Source: Paludibacteraceae bacterium (GTDB lineage: Bacteria; Bacteroidota; Bacteroidia; Bacteroidales; Paludibacteraceae). Taken from it: DNA of 64,000 nucleotides. The stretch lies in the NCBI GenBank assembly GCA_018433525.1, contig JAHDRA010000012.1, forward strand, positions 52,588-116,587, read 5' to 3'. The notes below the pieces were generated by a model that did not search any database, was not told the origin of the DNA, and saw only the letters and a list, made by a program, of their open reading frames with translations. Both the position numbers and the translations under genes were made by a program. Positions 1 through 9,500 of the stretch are shown here, in pieces; within the stretch, counting starts at the first letter, position 1; each line of letters opens with the position of its first letter.

Positions 1-1719
1 GGCGTTAGGATCAGTAACATTCAGTGCTTGCTGGTAAGTATACGATCCTCCAAATACCAGTCCAATATTCCTTGTTATCGAAATTCCGCTTTCCATTGCC
101 ACATCCAACCCATTGATAGAGACTTTACCACAATTTTTCATCGTCCAGTTAAAAATATCCTTGTTAGGAAATGCAACAATTTTATCTCTAATGGCATTGT
201 GAAAGGCATCTAATGTTACTGAAAGCAATGAAATACTTTCCGATGAAAAAGACCAAGTAATGCCGGCATTGAATTGTTGCGCATTTTCGGGCTCCAAATT
301 TCTGTTGCCCACGTATGAATAATAAAGATCGTTGAAAGTTGGCATTCTGAAAACATTTTTATAAAAACTGCGTATCCTGAAGTCATACTGTTCAAAAGGT
401 TTAACAGACAAACTGAAAAAAGGTGAAAAATGCTTTTTGTCGTTGGGAGATGATCCAAATTTAACTTTTTCATTCACAAATGTTTGCAGACCACCAGCAG
501 TAGCCAAAAATTGATTGGATACATATTTGGCGTTTAAAACCATCAATACGGTGTTTCTTTTCGGAAAGGCAAATTCCGGCAAGTTGGCATTCAGCGTATT
601 CAACGAATAATCAGTTGATGCTGAAAAAGATAAATTTTCGAAAGCCTTGTAAAGGAACGAAGCAGAAAAGTAAAATTCCTGTTGTGAATATGTATTGTCT
701 ATTTTTCCTCCCGAATTGTTATAATTTGGATCGACATAATGCAAATAACCATTTTGATATTTGGTGTTGGCTTGAAAAGACAACAAGGAAGAAAAGCTAC
801 TTTCATAATGTGCCTGAGTAAAAAAAGTTTGATCTTTGCTTCGCTGATGGTTGGTATTTTCGTTCATGTAATAAATAACTGCGCCCGGCAAGCCTCTTTC
901 TGATTCATAAAAATAGGTTTTCAGATAGCCTGAACCACGATGAAAAAAATTGGCAAAAATTGTTCCTTCCAATCGCAAGGTTTCAACATCGGTATTTTTT
1001 CTTGTTTCTATTGAAGAACTGTCCCCTGTCTGCGTACCATAAATCAGCAGATAAGGATACTCACCCTCAGCAGTAAGCCATTCACCACTAAAAACGGCAG
1101 AAATTTTTCTGCTCATTTGCTGTCGTATAAAAAGAGAAGGATTAATAAGACCAAAAGAACCTACTTTGCAGGTAATTTTTCCGTGTATCGATTTTTCCTC
1201 TTCAAATCGTGGTGGTAAGGTGCGAATATTTAACACGGAAGACGAAGCAAAAGAACGAGCGGGAAGAAAAATGTTGTCGCTTTGTCCATTATTTAATGAG
1301 ACCATATCCACATTGTCAAGCGAAAAACGCCCAAGATCAATTTGCCCCGTCTGATAATCGGTTAGCATTATCCCATCATAACTCACTGCTGTATGTTCAG
1401 CACCCAGACTTCGAACTGAGACAGTTTTCAAACCGCCAATACCTCCATAATCTTTTACGTTGACACCCGCAAAATATTTTATAGCATCAGAAAGTTGCAA
1501 TACATTCAGATTTTCTAATTTTTTTGCCGAAAGAATCTGCAATGGCATAGCTGAACGAATTTCGCTGTTTTGAAATTTTTCAACAACTACTATTTCGGGA
1601 ATGGAATATGTTTTTGCCGTATCCATACCCATATCTTGAAATAATATCTCTGCTCTTACAGGAATAAAAAAAAACAGAAAAAGAATTTCAATCAGATAAA
1701 AGAAAAAATTTTTGTGCAT
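1..1719 (-). CDS. btuB: TonB-dependent outer-membrane receptor, cobalamin-riboswitch controlled (BtuB-like); C-terminus runs off the left window edge
   Basis: Absent from the ORF track because it has no in-window stop. Manual minus-strand translation from the ATG at 1719 reads 573 codons to position 1 without a stop. It starts MHKNFFFYLIEILFLFFFIPVRAE (signal). Plug-like KTVSVRSLGAEHTAVSYDGIMLTDYQTGQIDLGRFSL and barrel-like NLEPENAQQFNAGITW follow. A B12 riboswitch lies immediately upstream. Confidence 0.85.
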   Translation of the reverse strand, partial: MHKNFFFYLIEILFLFFFIPVRAEILFQDMGMDTAKTYSIPEIVVVEKFQNSEIRSAMPLQILSAKKLENLNVLQLSDAIKYFAGVNVKDYGGIGGLKTVSVRSLGAEHTAVSYDGIMLTDYQTGQIDLGRFSLDNVDMVSLNNGQSDNIFLPARSFASSSVLNIRTLPPRFEEEKSIHGKITCKVGSFGLINPSLFIRQQMSRKISAVFSGEWLTAEGEYPYLLIYGTQTGDSSSIETRKNTDVETLRLEGTIFANFFHRGSGYLKTYFYESERGLPGAVIYYMNENTNHQRSKDQTFFTQAHYESSFSSLLSFQANTKYQNGYLHYVDPNYNNSGGKIDNTYSQQEFYFSASFLYKAFENLSFSASTDYSLNTLNANLPEFAFPKRNTVLMVLNAKYVSNQFLATAGGLQTFVNEKVKFGSSPNDKKHFSPFFSLSVKPFEQYDFRIRSFYKNVFRMPTFNDLYYSYVGNRNLEPENAQQFNAGITWSFSSESISLLSVTLDAFHNAIRDKIVAFPNKDIFNWTMKNCGKVSINGLDVAMESGISITRNIGLVFGGSYTYQQALNVTDPNA

Positions 1720-1829
1720 AACCGGTTTGTAATCATTTACAAAAACAGCCTCAATAGAAAAAGAGAATCAACATAAATAAAAATGTGTAGATGGTTAAAG
1801 CTCTTTCCTCGAAAGCTTTTTAACTGAAT

Positions 1830-2035
1830 AAAAGCATGGCAGGTCTTCTGGCTTGCTCTTTTTTTTGAACGCCTTCCCGTAATGGGAAATTGAAAAAAAG
1901 ATATATTATTTTTTTCGACAACCCCTGAACAGTGGCAACAGTATTGTTCAAAAAAACTACAAGAGCTTACAGCAGCGGGACTGCAGCCGATTGACACGGC
2001 TTTCCCTTTTCATCAATTAACCGGATATGGTTGAT
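1830..2035 (-). promoter_or_regulatory. Cobalamin (B12) riboswitch
   Basis: The minus strand reads GGTTAATTGATGAAAAGGGAAAGCCGTGTCAATCGGCTGCAGTCCCGCTGCTGTAAGC ... GCCACTG ... GGGAAGGC ... AGCCAGAAGACCTGCC. These are the conserved core and the B12 box of the cobalamin riboswitch. It lies about 110 nt upstream of the receptor ATG. Track ORF 1737..1997 overlaps it and is judged spurious. Confidence 0.9.
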
Positions 2036-2052
2036 TGAAACCAATGCTTCTG

Positions 2053-2060
2053 CAAAGATA
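2053..2060 (-). promoter_or_regulatory. Bacteroidetes-type -7 promoter box (TAtcTTTG) for the riboswitch-receptor transcript
   Basis: The minus strand reads TATCTTTG, an exact match to TAnnTTTG, about 15-20 nt upstream of the riboswitch start. No well-spaced -33 TTTG was seen. Confidence 0.5.
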
Positions 2061-2389
2061 CATGAAAATTTCAAATCGACGCACAGACAAATATTAGTTA
2101 ATTCAGATGGAAAAGAGCTAACAAGTCAAACCATCAACATGCAGAAATCCGCTAAAATAAACATACATAAGAATTTATTTTACAGTTAAATACATGAATT
2201 TTTCGGTTTGTAAAAAATACATTTTTAAGAAAAATTGTTTGCTACATATGGTCAACTCCAATTATTTGAATTAAAAAACACAAAATATGGGTTGCTTTCA
2301 GGTTGGGTTTTTTTGATACCTGTGTCAAACACGACTCATCCCTTTTCCCGTTATTCCTCTCATCGATCCATCAGACTGTGATTGTCCGT

Positions 2390-2488
2390 TTTCATCAGAA
2401 TATAATTTATTTTTTAAAGGTCTGATGGAATCCACATGCCTGAATATTATATTCATTCGTGTTTGTGTATGCAATACATGTGGGTTTC
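2390..2488 (+). repeat. Copy A of a ~100-bp duplicated intergenic module (second copy at 20284..20383)
   Basis: Hand alignment to 20284..20383 shows near identity. There is 1 T indel in the first ~35 nt and 6 substitutions in the next 63 nt. The flanks on both sides are unrelated. Confidence 0.9.
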
Positions 2489-2496
2489 TTAGATAA
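2425..2496 (+). CDS. Candidate 23-aa cysteine-rich small ORF (MESTCLNIIFIRVCVCNTCGFLR)
   Basis: ATG at 2425, TAA at 2494-2496. The paralogue at 20320..20391 has the same length. Over codons 1-21, 4 of the 6 nucleotide differences are synonymous third-position changes (GAA/GAG, TGC/TGT twice, ACA/ACC). It is too short for the ORF track. Confidence 0.45.
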   Translation: MESTCLNIIFIRVCVCNTCGFLR

Positions 2497-2808
2497 AAAA
2501 ATCCTTTTGAACTTACGGTACTAAATTAGTTCCAACAAATTAATTTTTTTCATACTTTTGTATTTATTAAAATTTGCATTGAAATTAACATTAAATGCCT
2601 TATACTAACAAATCATAAACCCAAAACTGATACATTCCAATAAAGTGGAAAAGTTTGGTCTTGTCGGGCAAAGTGTTTTTGAATATTTTTTTCATGACTA
2701 ACTACGAAAAATCATAATACTCCAAACGCAAGTACATCCAATCGATTATCATTTAATTTTCAAATAAAAACAAGTATCGATTTTTTTCATACAAATTTAA
2801 CCAAGCTT

Positions 2809-3879
2809 ATGAAGATTACACCATTTACGCATTTTCACATCGCTCTTGGAGCAAAAATGACCGAGTTTGCAGGTTTTTACATGCCGATTGAATATACAGG
2901 CATCAACGAAGAACATTTGACTGTCAGACGGGCTGCCGGCGTTTTTGACGTGTCCCACATGGGCGAATTTCTGGTGAAAGGGCCTCATGCATTGGCTTTT
3001 CTTCAAAAAATGACTACCAACGATGTGGCTGCCCTCCCGTTGGGAAAAGCGCAATATTCCTGTTTCCCGAACGGGAGAGGTGGAATTGTGGACGATTTGC
3101 TGGTGTATCGCCTCGATAAGGAAAATTATTTGCTGGTGGTAAATGCAGCCAATATCGAAAAAGATTGGAATTGGTGCATGCAGAACAATACGGAAAATGC
3201 AGAGCTGGTAAATATTTCGGAACAGGTGGCTCAATTGGCCGTGCAAGGTCCCAAAGCTACGCAAATTCTTCAGAAACTCACGCCTGTTCGGCTTTCCGAA
3301 ATTCCTTATTACTCATTTGCTATAGGAAAGTTTGCCGGTGTGGAGCCGGTGTTGCTGTCCAATACCGGTTATACGGGAGCCGGCGGATTTGAACTTTATT
3401 TCCGTCCCGATTGTGCCGATACGGTATGGAATGCCATTTTTGAAGCCGGAGCAGACGAAGGCATTCGCCCCATTGGACTGGGAGCCCGAGATACTTTGCG
3501 GCTCGAAATGGGTTATTGTCTTTACGGGAACGATATTGACGATACCACTTCTCCAATAGAAGCCGGTTTGGGATGGATTACCAAATTTGTGGAAGGAAAG
3601 AATTTCATCGACCGTCCATTGCTCGAAAAGCAGAAAAGAGAAGGTGTAACGCGAAAACTGGTACGTTTTGAACTTACCGAACGAGGTATTCCGCGTCATG
3701 GCTACCCAATTGTAAACAATGAAAACAAACCCGTTGGACAGGTTACTTCGGGCACCATGCTGCCCGATAGCAAAAAGGGAATCGGGATGGGATATGTGGC
3801 AACGGAATATGCACAACCCGGTACGAAAATTTATATTCAAATCCGAAACAAGAATTTGGAAGCGATAGTGCGGAAATAA
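2809..3879 (+). CDS. gcvT: Glycine cleavage system aminomethyltransferase (T protein)
   Basis: 356 aa. The start reads [29 protein letters not shown]...[10 protein letters not shown]. Length and motifs are typical of GcvT. Confidence 0.95.
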   Translation: MKITPFTHFHIALGAKMTEFAGFYMPIEYTGINEEHLTVRRAAGVFDVSHMGEFLVKGPHALAFLQKMTTNDVAALPLGKAQYSCFPNGRGGIVDDLLVYRLDKENYLLVVNAANIEKDWNWCMQNNTENAELVNISEQVAQLAVQGPKATQILQKLTPVRLSEIPYYSFAIGKFAGVEPVLLSNTGYTGAGGFELYFRPDCADTVWNAIFEAGADEGIRPIGLGARDTLRLEMGYCLYGNDIDDTTSPIEAGLGWITKFVEGKNFIDRPLLEKQKREGVTRKLVRFELTERGIPRHGYPIVNNENKPVGQVTSGTMLPDSKKGIGMGYVATEYAQPGTKIYIQIRNKNLEAIVRK

Positions 3880-3903
3880 ACACATTGTTAAGTACAGGAA
3901 TGA

Positions 3904-3931
3904 AAAAGGCTGCGGTTTTCCGCAGCCTTTT
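3904..3931. terminator. Bidirectional rho-independent terminator between convergent gcvT and the lipoprotein gene
   Basis: AAAGGCTGCGG-TTTT-CCGCAGCCTTT gives an 11-bp perfect stem flanked by A and T runs. Confidence 0.7.
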
Positions 3932-3953
3932 CAATAATTAATCGACAGCATGT

Positions 3954-4421
3954 TTATTGCTGCATGTATTCTTCGTAGGAAGTTTCACGATGACCGGCTA
4001 ATTGGTAAATTGTTCCCGGATCATCTTCAAACTCTAGTTCCATAGTTATGCTGTCCTTGTTGATTACCCGACCATTAGAAACTTTGATTACAATGGGATA
4101 ACCTGCAATAGCATTAATTGAGCCTTCTGTTTGAAACGTAAGTGTCTTCATATCTACGGCCGCCTTCACTTTGAATGACCAAAAATGTCCATTTGTTGCG
4201 GTGGTAGCATAATCGTGAATCCAGATGGAATCTTGACCAAACGAAGTATTATAAGTCATAATTTCAAATGGCCCATATATTTCTGTTCCATCCAAATAGG
4301 CTTTTACCATCCAATCGCCACAAACAGGATAAGCCCAATTATATTCCTTTTCATACTTTGGCTCGCAGGAAAAAAGAGCCAATGATAAAATAGATAGGAT
4401 AAAAAATTTATTTATACGCAT
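3954..4421 (-). CDS. Small lipoprotein, last gene of the SusC/D operon (possibly BT2261-type lipid-binding-fold protein)
   Basis: 155 aa with a signal and lipobox (LSLALFSCEP). It lies 13 nt downstream of the preceding lipoprotein gene. The family assignment rests on operon architecture only. Confidence 0.6.
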   Translation of the reverse strand: MRINKFFILSILSLALFSCEPKYEKEYNWAYPVCGDWMVKAYLDGTEIYGPFEIMTYNTSFGQDSIWIHDYATTATNGHFWSFKVKAAVDMKTLTFQTEGSINAIAGYPIVIKVSNGRVINKDSITMELEFEDDPGTIYQLAGHRETSYEEYMQQ

Positions 4422-4434
4422 AGTTATATCTCCT

Positions 4435-5145
4435 TTAGTTTAATGGTTGTGGATTAGTTAATGTTACCGTAAACAACATTTTTGGGGTATCTTCCATTCT
4501 TGTATTAAGCACTATGGTTTTTGTAGAAGGATCATAAGTGGATACTGTATTTTCAGTTAAAATACATGGATATCCCCAAGCTAGACGTTCAGCGGATACA
4601 ATTTCAAAAGTATTATCACTATTCAACTTAATGATGCCTGGGCCTGCATAAGCCGGACCATATCCTGAACCATAATTATACCACCCGCCTAATAGATCTT
4701 CTATCCAATATTGATCATTACCTACTCCAAAAACAAGGATAGTAAATGGACCACGATTAGCTATAGTTCCATTATTATTTCGCCTTATACGAGACTGATA
4801 ATACCCATTTAAAGGGGCACTTGGCTCATATACATACACTGTTCGCGATGTTTGAGCGTAAAAGCCATCAGAATTTTTAACTTTATAGGTAATGGAATAT
4901 TTACCTCCTTTTGTTGCATTTACATTTGAAATAACCTCTATATTTCCTGAAATGTCAGTTGTTCCTTCAAAAGCTTTACATCCCGGATCTACAAAGGTGG
5001 AATTTAAAGGCCAAAACAATTCTTCAGGCCCATTCAATTCCATAGTAGCATAAGTTGTAACTCTTGAAACACCAAGCGACTCTTTTTCACAGGAAGTAAA
5101 AACAAAAGCCACAAATGCCAAAGTCATTAATATTATTTTTTTCAT
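4435..5145 (-). CDS. Surface lipoprotein co-operonic with SusC/D (possibly BT2262-type)
   Basis: 236 aa with a lipobox (FVFTSCEKE). It is rich in beta-strand-like sequence and starts 28 nt after susD. Confidence 0.6.
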   Translation of the reverse strand: MKKIILMTLAFVAFVFTSCEKESLGVSRVTTYATMELNGPEELFWPLNSTFVDPGCKAFEGTTDISGNIEVISNVNATKGGKYSITYKVKNSDGFYAQTSRTVYVYEPSAPLNGYYQSRIRRNNNGTIANRGPFTILVFGVGNDQYWIEDLLGGWYNYGSGYGPAYAGPGIIKLNSDNTFEIVSAERLAWGYPCILTENTVSTYDPSTKTIVLNTRMEDTPKMLFTVTLTNPQPLN

Positions 5146-5173
5146 AACGAATTAATTTTAATTGTTAATTGTT

Positions 5174-6571
5174 TTACTTAGCCCACCATACAGGTTCTGT
5201 AAGATCCACTCTTGCAGGAGTATAGGGGTTCGAATTGACTTCTCTGCTGGGGAAGTACAAGCGTTTAGGTCTTTCATCTCCATTCAAAACAGAAGTAAGT
5301 GAACGAGTGAAGAAATTGGGATATCCCGTACGATTGTAATCGAAAAATGCTTCTATTCCGTTTTTATTGGCTTGTGCGATCCATTTTTGCTCAATTATCG
5401 ACCGAATTCCATTATAGGGATAGGTTGCATCTATGTCGATGGCGTCTGCTGCTAAACCGAGACTTGTCAAGGAAGCCCGTATGGCAGTTTTATAGGTGCT
5501 CTCAGCATCAGAAGCCGTCCCATAACGAGCTTGAGCTTCAGCAATCAAAAAGAGTACTTCTTCCTTTGAGAAAAAATAAACGGGACTTGTACCCTTAATA
5601 GCTGGAGTCGCATAATTTTTACTGGTTTCAGTGGGGTGATTTTTATTATCACCTGCAGCAATACCATTATATAAGCTACCGGTAACCGAAGGATTAAAAA
5701 TTTTTGCCATTCGTGGATCGTTCTTATCTTTTAGCAAGTCAATAAAAGTTTTATTGGCTACAACATTACCTGACAATCGATCAACAAAAGTATTGTAGAA
5801 AGGATTATATCCGGTTTGTTCCTCTTTAAAGGCAGTAAACTTGGCATCTTTTGTCAAAAACTTATTTTCGGCCAACAAAGCTTCAATCTCTGTTCTATAT
5901 GTGTTTGGATTAACATTCACATATCGTAAATACATTTTTAATTTCAATGTATTGGCAAATGCTTTCCAATCATCTATATTTCCGCCAAAAATAAGATCAG
6001 AAGAGCCGGGATTTTCAACTGTGCTTCCGGTAAAATCTTTAGACATTGCATAATCAATCCGTGCAAGTAGGCTATCATAAACCAGCTGGCCATTATCATA
6101 ATGAGGTATAACATTCCCCTTTAAAGCCTCTCTAAATGGAATTTGATCATACAAATCAGCCAATACCTGAAAAGTATATGCCTGCATTAAGGTAGCGATG
6201 GCATAGAATTTCCAGTTCCCAGTCTCGGCAGTATTTTTACGAACATATTCGTAATCATTTAATCCGCCTGCATATAAAAGTGTAAATTGACGATCAAAGT
6301 CCACATTTGTCAAATTGTAGGATTCCCAATCAGCCCATTGAGACGCTGCAGGAGCCTGAGCATATTGTTGTGTCCAGAAACTTCCCAAAGCATGATAATA
6401 ACCACCCATTACATAGGCCGAATTAGCCAAAGCACTTGGAAGTACTAATCCCGGAGTTGCTTCGGATGGATTGTTTGGGTCATGATTTATGTCAAAAAAG
6501 CTTTCGCTGCAACTGCTTAAGAATAGCAAGCCAATAAAAGCAGCTATATTATAAAATTTTAATCGTTTCAT
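5174..6571 (-). CDS. SusD/RagB-family nutrient-binding outer-membrane lipoprotein
   Basis: 465 aa with a lipobox (LFLSSCSESF). The composition is TPR-like and it sits immediately downstream of the SusC-like gene. Confidence 0.9.
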   Translation of the reverse strand: MKRLKFYNIAAFIGLLFLSSCSESFFDINHDPNNPSEATPGLVLPSALANSAYVMGGYYHALGSFWTQQYAQAPAASQWADWESYNLTNVDFDRQFTLLYAGGLNDYEYVRKNTAETGNWKFYAIATLMQAYTFQVLADLYDQIPFREALKGNVIPHYDNGQLVYDSLLARIDYAMSKDFTGSTVENPGSSDLIFGGNIDDWKAFANTLKLKMYLRYVNVNPNTYRTEIEALLAENKFLTKDAKFTAFKEEQTGYNPFYNTFVDRLSGNVVANKTFIDLLKDKNDPRMAKIFNPSVTGSLYNGIAAGDNKNHPTETSKNYATPAIKGTSPVYFFSKEEVLFLIAEAQARYGTASDAESTYKTAIRASLTSLGLAADAIDIDATYPYNGIRSIIEQKWIAQANKNGIEAFFDYNRTGYPNFFTRSLTSVLNGDERPKRLYFPSREVNSNPYTPARVDLTEPVWWAK

Positions 6572-6593
6572 ATATAATTCGTTTTTATGTTTT

Positions 6594-9500
6594 TTAGAAA
6601 CTCAATTTAATATTAAATCCCAAACTTCTTGTTGATGGAGTTGCCCCGAATTCACCATAATCGGCAGCCAAATCGTTCCCAAAAGTAGTTAATTCAGGAT
6701 CCGTGTACAAATTTGAGTCTGGAGTCCACAAGAACAGGTTATTTCCCACCAAAGATAAATCAACTGAATTGATAAAAGCATTCTTCAAAACCGATTTCGG
6801 GAAAGAATAGGAAATGCTGAGTTCTCTCAGTTTAAAGAATGTTTTGTCAATTAACGCATAAGCATCCCCAATTCCTGCCTTGTAAGTTTGATTGTAATAC
6901 AAATTCAAGTTGTTAGTAAAACCTGCGATAGGAGTGGTGTTTTCAATATATTGTCCTCCAACTAACTGTACAGAATTCGGAATAATAAATGGTTGTCTGT
7001 CGTTGTAGGTAGTAGGTTGTGCATTACCAGTAAAGTAAGCAATTTCTGCTGTGCGGGAATACATTTTTCCTCCATTTCTATAATCAAATGCAGCATGTAC
7101 CCTGAAATTTTTAATTTTCAAAGAAGTTCCGCCACCCAGTCGGTATTTATTTTGAGAAGACCCAATAATTTCCTGTTCGGCTTTGAAAACAGGTAATCCT
7201 TGTGCATTTACAACAATACGTCCTTGTGGATCGGTCTCAGGAACATTGCCTTTAAAAAGTCCCAATTCATAGCCCGGACGAGCCACAAACGGGAAGCCTC
7301 CTGTTCCTCCCAACACAATTTCATCCAAACCAGAAATTAAAGATTTAAGTAAATTGTTGTTTTTGGAATAATTGGCAAAAATCTCCCATTCTATATTTTT
7401 TCTTCGTATAGGTGTTACACTTAAACTCAGTTCAACTCCCTTATTGGTAATTTCTCCCAGGTTTTGAGTTTGTGAAGTATAACCGGTAGAAGATGGAAGT
7501 GTTGCAGTCCAAATTAAAGCAGTGATTTTTTTGTTGTACCATGTGAAATCTATATCCAATAAATTTTTGAAAAGTTTCAAATTGGTACCTATTTCAAAGT
7601 CTTGAGATATTTCGGGTTGTAATTGGTCGTTACCAATAACGTTGGAAATGGTAAAACCATTCACAGGACCAGCCAAAGGAAAATCCAAGGAACGATAGCC
7701 ATCCGTAATACTGGTTTGAAGCAGTACAGGATAAATTAAATATGGGTCAGCATCTTTACCGGTACGAGCAAAGCTGGCTCTAAGTTTTCCATAAGAAAGT
7801 ACATCTTTGTTTTGAATCAATTCAGAAAACAAAAAGCTTCCGCTTATGCTTGGATAAAAGAATGAACGATTATTTGCTGGTAAAGTAGATGACCAGTCAT
7901 TTCTACCGGTTATGTTCAAAAACAACATATCCTTAAAGCTCACATCCAAATTGCCATAAACGCCAATTAATCTACGTTGAGACAAAGTTCCATAAATAGA
8001 AGGAGTAGCAGAACTGTTTGACAAATTATAGAATTTGGGAATATCGAGTCCAATTACTTCAGAACCTTGAGATTGAGCATCGCGCTGATTAAAATTATGG
8101 CCCACAATGACACTAATCGCAAAATCATTATTTAATTTTGGATTGAAATTTAAAAAGAAATCGGTATTCAATTCGGAGGAGTAATAAGCATTTTCTCCTA
8201 CTCTACCCACTTCATCGTTGTAATCAGCTCTTGCACTGTTGGTTATGGCTCTCCATGTTTTCAATGTGCTGTTGGCCACATCATCGCCCAATCTGAAGGT
8301 GGCACTCAATGATGGGGTTATCTGTGCATCGAGGCTGATATTTCCAAAAATGCGGTTTTCCTGAAATTTATTGCCATGTTCATTCAATATATAGTAAGGA
8401 TTTTGGGCATAGATTGTGTAATAATTATCTACATTGTTGAATTTGTTGTTGTAATCTTTTAAATCAACAATACTGATATCGCGTGGCGATTGCCAAAGTC
8501 CATCCAATGCAGCCTGATCCTGTCCGGTTTCTGTGAATCTCATATCCTTTCGAACATAATTCAACGAACCGGAAATGTTAAAAATTTTCAGGAACTTTGC
8601 TGAACCGCGCATGGAAACTGTATTACGATTATAATAATCAGCATCGGTTGGCATAATTCCATCAGCTGTTACATTCCCGTAAGAAATATAATAGCTTTTA
8701 TCAGCATCGCCATTTGAAACAGAAACCGTATTATTATAATTGGTACCGATGTCGAAGAAATCTTTTATATTGGTTGGTAAAGCCACATAAGGTTTTATTT
8801 GTTGTTGGTTGTCAACTACAAAGCCCCATGGGCGAATCTTGCCATCAAAGCGGGGTCCCCAGCTTCCATTTTCCATCAAATCTTGTTCTCCGCCACCTCT
8901 ATCGTACCAACCCTGACCAAATTCGTTCTGAAAATAGGGCAAACGAAGTGGAGAGTCGAAAGTAGAAGTTGAAGAAACTTCAACTTTAGGTTTATTTTTT
9001 AATCCTTCACCTTTTTTGGTAGTTATCAAAATAACACCCGAAGCTGCACGAGATCCATACAATGCAGTAGCCGAACCGCCTTTAAGTATAGTCATCGATT
9101 CAATATCTTCCGGATTAATATCATTGGCACGGTTACCAAAATCCAATCCTCCATTTATGCTTGTCGAGCCAATTTGTCCATTGCTGATGGGAACTCCATC
9201 AACAACATACAAAGGTTGATTGCTTCCTCCCAATGAAGAGTAACCACGCATGATAACGCGAGTAGAAGATCCGGGAGCTCCAGAAGCGGAAGTAATTTCG
9301 ACGCCCGCTACCTTACCTTGCAATGCATTTAATGCACTTCTGTTTCCGGTCATGGTAATGTCTTGTGAGCTCACTGCCGAAGCGGAATATCCCAAAGCTT
9401 TTTCTGAGCGTTTGATGCCGATTGCCGTAACCACAACTTCGTCAATTTCCAACGTTTGAGGTTGAAGCCTTACTACCATCCCGTTTTCAGCTGGAACTTC

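Noticed and set aside
1737-1997. An 86-aa minus-strand ORF upstream of the receptor gene
   Set aside because: It overlaps the cobalamin riboswitch core and B12 box, and its Cys/Ser-rich translation has no protein features.
2425-2496. The Cys-rich small ORF as a RiPP or radical-SAM precursor
   Set aside because: No maturase, radical-SAM, protease or exporter genes lie near either copy, and 23 aa leaves no room for a leader plus a core. This is not excluded, but it is unsupported.
2497-2808. A glycine riboswitch upstream of gcvT
   Set aside because: I looked for the conserved GGAGAG..CACCGAAGGGGCAA-type cores. The leader is AT-rich and has nothing resembling them.
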